DNA from: an uncultured Verrucomicrobiae bacterium
GTDB taxonomy: Bacteria; Verrucomicrobiota; Verrucomicrobiia; Chthoniobacterales; JAFAMB01
NCBI GenBank assembly: GCA_963813025.1
Contig: CAWEXO010000011.1
Span: forward strand, 1 to 64,000
DNA length: 64,000 bases
Direction of reading: 5' to 3'
Shown: in pieces, positions 61,038 through 64,000 of the stretch
Numbering within the stretch: the stretch's first letter is position 1
Layout: every line of letters starts with the position of its first letter
Notes under the pieces: model-generated
The model's database searches: none
Seen by the model: the letters and a program-made list of their open reading frames with translations, nothing else
Told to the model about the DNA's origin: nothing
Translations under genes and position numbers: made by a program

Positions 61038-62474
61038 CTACCCGGAACTCGGGACTCGGGACCTAACAAACAGGTCCATCAGTTCGGCCGCCGTCAGTCT
61101 GGTTAAACTCACCGGATCGTTGAATGCGGCAACAATCCCCTCAACGTGCTCCTGCGAAAAGCGCGTCCCGAGGTTTCGCACGAATTTTTCTTTGAGCAAA
61201 GGAATGCCTTCCTTTCGCCGCCTGCGGTGTCCAATTGGATACTCTACTACCTCGACCGGCGTCTCACTGCCGTCCTGAAATCTTACCTGGACCGAGTTCG
61301 CGATCGACCGTTTGCCCGGCTCCAGGTAATCGCGGGTAAAGCCCGGATTTTCCCGGACCGTCATTTTGGCCCGTAGCTCGTCGATCCGCGGATCGGCGGC
61401 AACACGGTCTTCGTAGTCATCGGCTGACAAGGAGCCTTTAAGCAAAGCGATCGCTACCATGTACTGGAGACAATGATCGCGGTCGGCTGGGTTGCGCAGC
61501 GGCCCGGTCTTGTCAATAATGCGCTTGCCTGACTCTTGCGTCTCGATCGTCACCTGCGAGATCTCGGCGCAGCGCTCGGAAACGATGGGCGCAAGCTTGA
61601 CCGCTGCCTCGACCGCGGTTTGAGCGTGAAACTCGGCCGGATAAGAAATCTTAAAGAGAATATTTTCCATGACGTAGCTGCCGAAAGGCTGCGGGAGCCT
61701 TAAAGGAGCGCCTCGCAGCACAACATCCTGGAAACCCCAGCCAGGGGCGGTGATCGCGTTGGGATAGCCCATTTCTCCGCGCAAAGCTTGATAGGCGTGG
61801 AAGACGCCGCGCCCGGCGGCGTCACCCGCCGCCCAGCTTTTCCGCGATCCCGTGCTGGGGGCTTGTCGATATGTTCTCAAGGCGCCGCCATCGAGAAACG
61901 CGTTCGATACCGCGTTGATGATCTGTTCCCGGCTGCCACCAAGCATCCGAGTGGCTACTGCGGTCGAGGCGATTCGGACCAGAAGAACATGATCCAGGCC
62001 AACCCGGTTGAAACCGTTCTCCAGCGCAAGAACACCCTGGATCTCATGCGCACAGATCATTGCAGTCAGCACGTCAGCTATTCTCCAGGGCCGCCCACGG
62101 CGCGACTCGTAGTCGGCTAGCGCCAGGATCGCTCCCAAATTGTCAGAAGGATGTCCCCACTCGGCTGCCAGCCAGGTATCGTTGTAGTCCAGCCAGCGGA
62201 TCGCTGTTCCGATGTTGTAGGCGGCCCGTTCCGGATCGAGTTCGAATTCTGTCCCCGGCACCCGAGCGCCACCCGCCACCAGGACATCCGGCACGATCGG
62301 CCCCAGGAGTTTCGTGCAAGCGGCGTAGCCGAGAGCCAGGATCGCGCAACCCAGGCTGTCCATCAGACAAAGCGCGGCGGTTTCCCTGGCTAGATCGCTC
62401 CCCACTTCCCATCGGCAGACATAGTCGGCGATCTCTCGCAAGATGAGATCCGGGGAAGGCGTTTCACGTTTCAC
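61038..62474 (-). CDS. prpD: 2-methylcitrate dehydratase
   Basis: RWLDYNDTWLAAEWGHPSDNLG, GSRKSWAAGDA, FKISYPAEFHAQT, NPADRDHCLQY, VEYPIGHRRRR; downstream of prpC. Confidence 0.95.
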   Translation of the reverse strand: MKRETPSPDLILREIADYVCRWEVGSDLARETAALCLMDSLGCAILALGYAACTKLLGPIVPDVLVAGGARVPGTEFELDPERAAYNIGTAIRWLDYNDTWLAAEWGHPSDNLGAILALADYESRRGRPWRIADVLTAMICAHEIQGVLALENGFNRVGLDHVLLVRIASTAVATRMLGGSREQIINAVSNAFLDGGALRTYRQAPSTGSRKSWAAGDAAGRGVFHAYQALRGEMGYPNAITAPGWGFQDVVLRGAPLRLPQPFGSYVMENILFKISYPAEFHAQTAVEAAVKLAPIVSERCAEISQVTIETQESGKRIIDKTGPLRNPADRDHCLQYMVAIALLKGSLSADDYEDRVAADPRIDELRAKMTVRENPGFTRDYLEPGKRSIANSVQVRFQDGSETPVEVVEYPIGHRRRRKEGIPLLKEKFVRNLGTRFSQEHVEGIVAAFNDPVSLTRLTAAELMDLFVRSRVPSSG

Positions 62475-62587
62475 GTTTGGCGTTCCTTTAGGAGCTAGGA
62501 GCTAGAATCTGGGAGCTAGTAGATTTAGCAGTCATCAGGGTTTCAACGAAATAAGTCGGAAACTGGCCGCTGCTCCACTCCAAGCTC

Positions 62588-62866
62588 CTAGTGCACCGTC
62601 TCTCATATAATGGTGTCATCGTTGCGTTCAAAATGGGCCGCCGGCAAGGCACGAGGAGGGCGCATCTCTAAATCGATACGTAACCGACGAGCAACGCAGC
62701 CGCCGGCCCATTTTCAACGCAACCCTTTGGGCCGCGGCCAGTTGGCTGTTTTTCGGCGTTGCTCGCTCGACCCGTATGATTCAGATATGGGTGCTTCGCT
62801 CGCGCCTTGAAAAACAGCCAACTGACCTGCGGCGATGGCATCATTATATGAGAGACGGTGCACTAG
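62588..62866. mobile_element. MITE-like element, copy 2 (inverted relative to copy 1)
   Basis: ctagtgcaccgtctctcatataatg...cattatatgagagacggtgcactag; body homologous to 23370-23665. Confidence 0.85.
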
Positions 62867-62918
62867 ATCCTTGCTCCTAGCTCCTCGTGAAACGTGAAAC
62901 GCGAAACGCGAAACGTCT

Positions 62919-64000
62919 TCACCGAGCGTCGATCGGCACAAAGGCGCGTTGCGCTGGCCCGACATAATCCGCGTTCGGTCGAATAAGCTTATTATTTTGG
63001 CGTTGCTCCTTCACGTGTGCCGACCAGCCGGTTATCCGGGACATGACGAAAAGCGGGGTGAAATGGGAGGTGGGGATTCCGAGAAACTGATAGAGCGTCG
63101 CACTGTAAAAGTCGGCATTGGCAAAGATGTTTTTTTCTTCCTTCATCACTTGCTCAATCGCCTCCGAAACCCCGAACAAATAGCCATCCGGCGCACCTTT
63201 TGAGAGGGTTTTGGACAAAGCTTTGTTAATCGCATTCCGCGGATCCGAATGTTTGTAAACACCATGACCAAACCCCATGATCTTGGTTTTGGCGGCCAGC
63301 AGTCGGCGTACCCCGGCGCGCGCCTCGTCCGGGGTTTGGAAACGCTGGACCAACTCCATCGCCGCCTCGTTTGCTCCCCCATGCAAAGAGCCGCGCAGGG
63401 TGCCGATCGCCGCAGTAATAGCCGAGTAAAAGTCGGCTAAGGTAGAGGCGCACACTCTCGCGGCGAAAGTCGAGGCGTTGAACTCGTGCTCGGCATAGAG
63501 GATCATCGATACATCCAGAGCGCGTCGCGCCTGATCGTCGGGCTCATGCCCGTGGAGCAAGGTGAGGTAATGGCCCGCGGTCGACTCACTGGATGTCTCC
63601 GTGGAAATTTGCTGTCCGCCCCGGCTGAAATGATGCCAATAGAGTAGCGCACTGGGAAAAATCCCGAGCAGTCTTTCGGCCACGCGATCTTGCTCAGCAA
63701 ACGAGTGTTCCGGTTCGAGGGTTCCTAACATTGAGCAAGCTGTCCGCAGCACATCCATCGGGTGGGCATCACCGGGAATCTGTTCCAATACGGCGCGCAG
63801 AGGACCAGGCAGGCTTCGCCCTTCCTTGAGCCGCTGACGAAAATCCGCGAGTTCGGCGGCCTTAGGCAGTGCTCCGTGTAAAATCAGGTAAGCGACCTCC
63901 TCGAAAGTGGCGCGCTCCGCTAGTTCTTCGATCGCGTAGCCGCGATAGGTTAACCCAACGCCTTCCTTGCCCACGGTGGCAATAGCGGTACTCCCGGCAG
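62919..64000 (-). CDS. prpC: 2-methylcitrate synthase; 5' end lies beyond the window
   Basis: LTYRGY, AHPMDVLRT, YAEHEFNASTF, LHGGANE, MGFGH, NADF, NKLIRP. Confidence 0.93.
   Translation of the reverse strand, partial: AGSTAIATVGKEGVGLTYRGYAIEELAERATFEEVAYLILHGALPKAAELADFRQRLKEGRSLPGPLRAVLEQIPGDAHPMDVLRTACSMLGTLEPEHSFAEQDRVAERLLGIFPSALLYWHHFSRGGQQISTETSSESTAGHYLTLLHGHEPDDQARRALDVSMILYAEHEFNASTFAARVCASTLADFYSAITAAIGTLRGSLHGGANEAAMELVQRFQTPDEARAGVRRLLAAKTKIMGFGHGVYKHSDPRNAINKALSKTLSKGAPDGYLFGVSEAIEQVMKEEKNIFANADFYSATLYQFLGIPTSHFTPLFVMSRITGWSAHVKEQRQNNKLIRPNADYVGPAQRAFVPIDAR

Overview
Bacterial chromosomal window, mostly GC-rich. The style suggests a soil Verrucomicrobia (Chthoniobacterales-like) genome; this is inferred from the ECF sigma/Ser-Thr kinase-TolB/TPR pair and the intergenic repeats, not proven. 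0-12 kb: ion and metal homeostasis genes (NiCoT, paired crcB + DUF190, ArsB-type permease + USP, FTR1 with a Fur-box, APC-USP permease), a sigma-54 response regulator and a nucleotidyltransferase/small-protein pair. 13-19 kb: housekeeping genes (ruvA, pgsA, moaE, gnd, folD, lysA). 19.7-30.1 kb: an accessory locus with ECF sigma, membrane kinase-TPR, two paralogous ~120-aa unknown proteins, a stand-alone duplicate of the kinase TPR region, a degenerate + canonical ATP-grasp pair and a broken prolyl oligopeptidase, bracketed by two paralogous ~90-aa genes. This is the best candidate for an undescribed system (graspetide-like RiPP or peptide-ligation signalling). 30-64 kb: Gld-type ABC exporter, dGTPase, oxidoreductases, kup, tRNA-Arg(CCT), esterases, an MmgE/PrpD-ComA pair, a macro domain gene, a LacI sugar ABC operon and prpC-prpD. 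Intergenic DNA is crowded with REP/REPIN hairpins, a dead RAYT, a two-copy CTAG-bounded MITE with covarying ends, and inverted short-tandem-repeat brackets around remnants of four-helix-bundle and GxxExxY genes. Several single-base frameshifts, one in gnd, suggest long-read indel errors, so frameshift-based pseudogene calls are uncertain.
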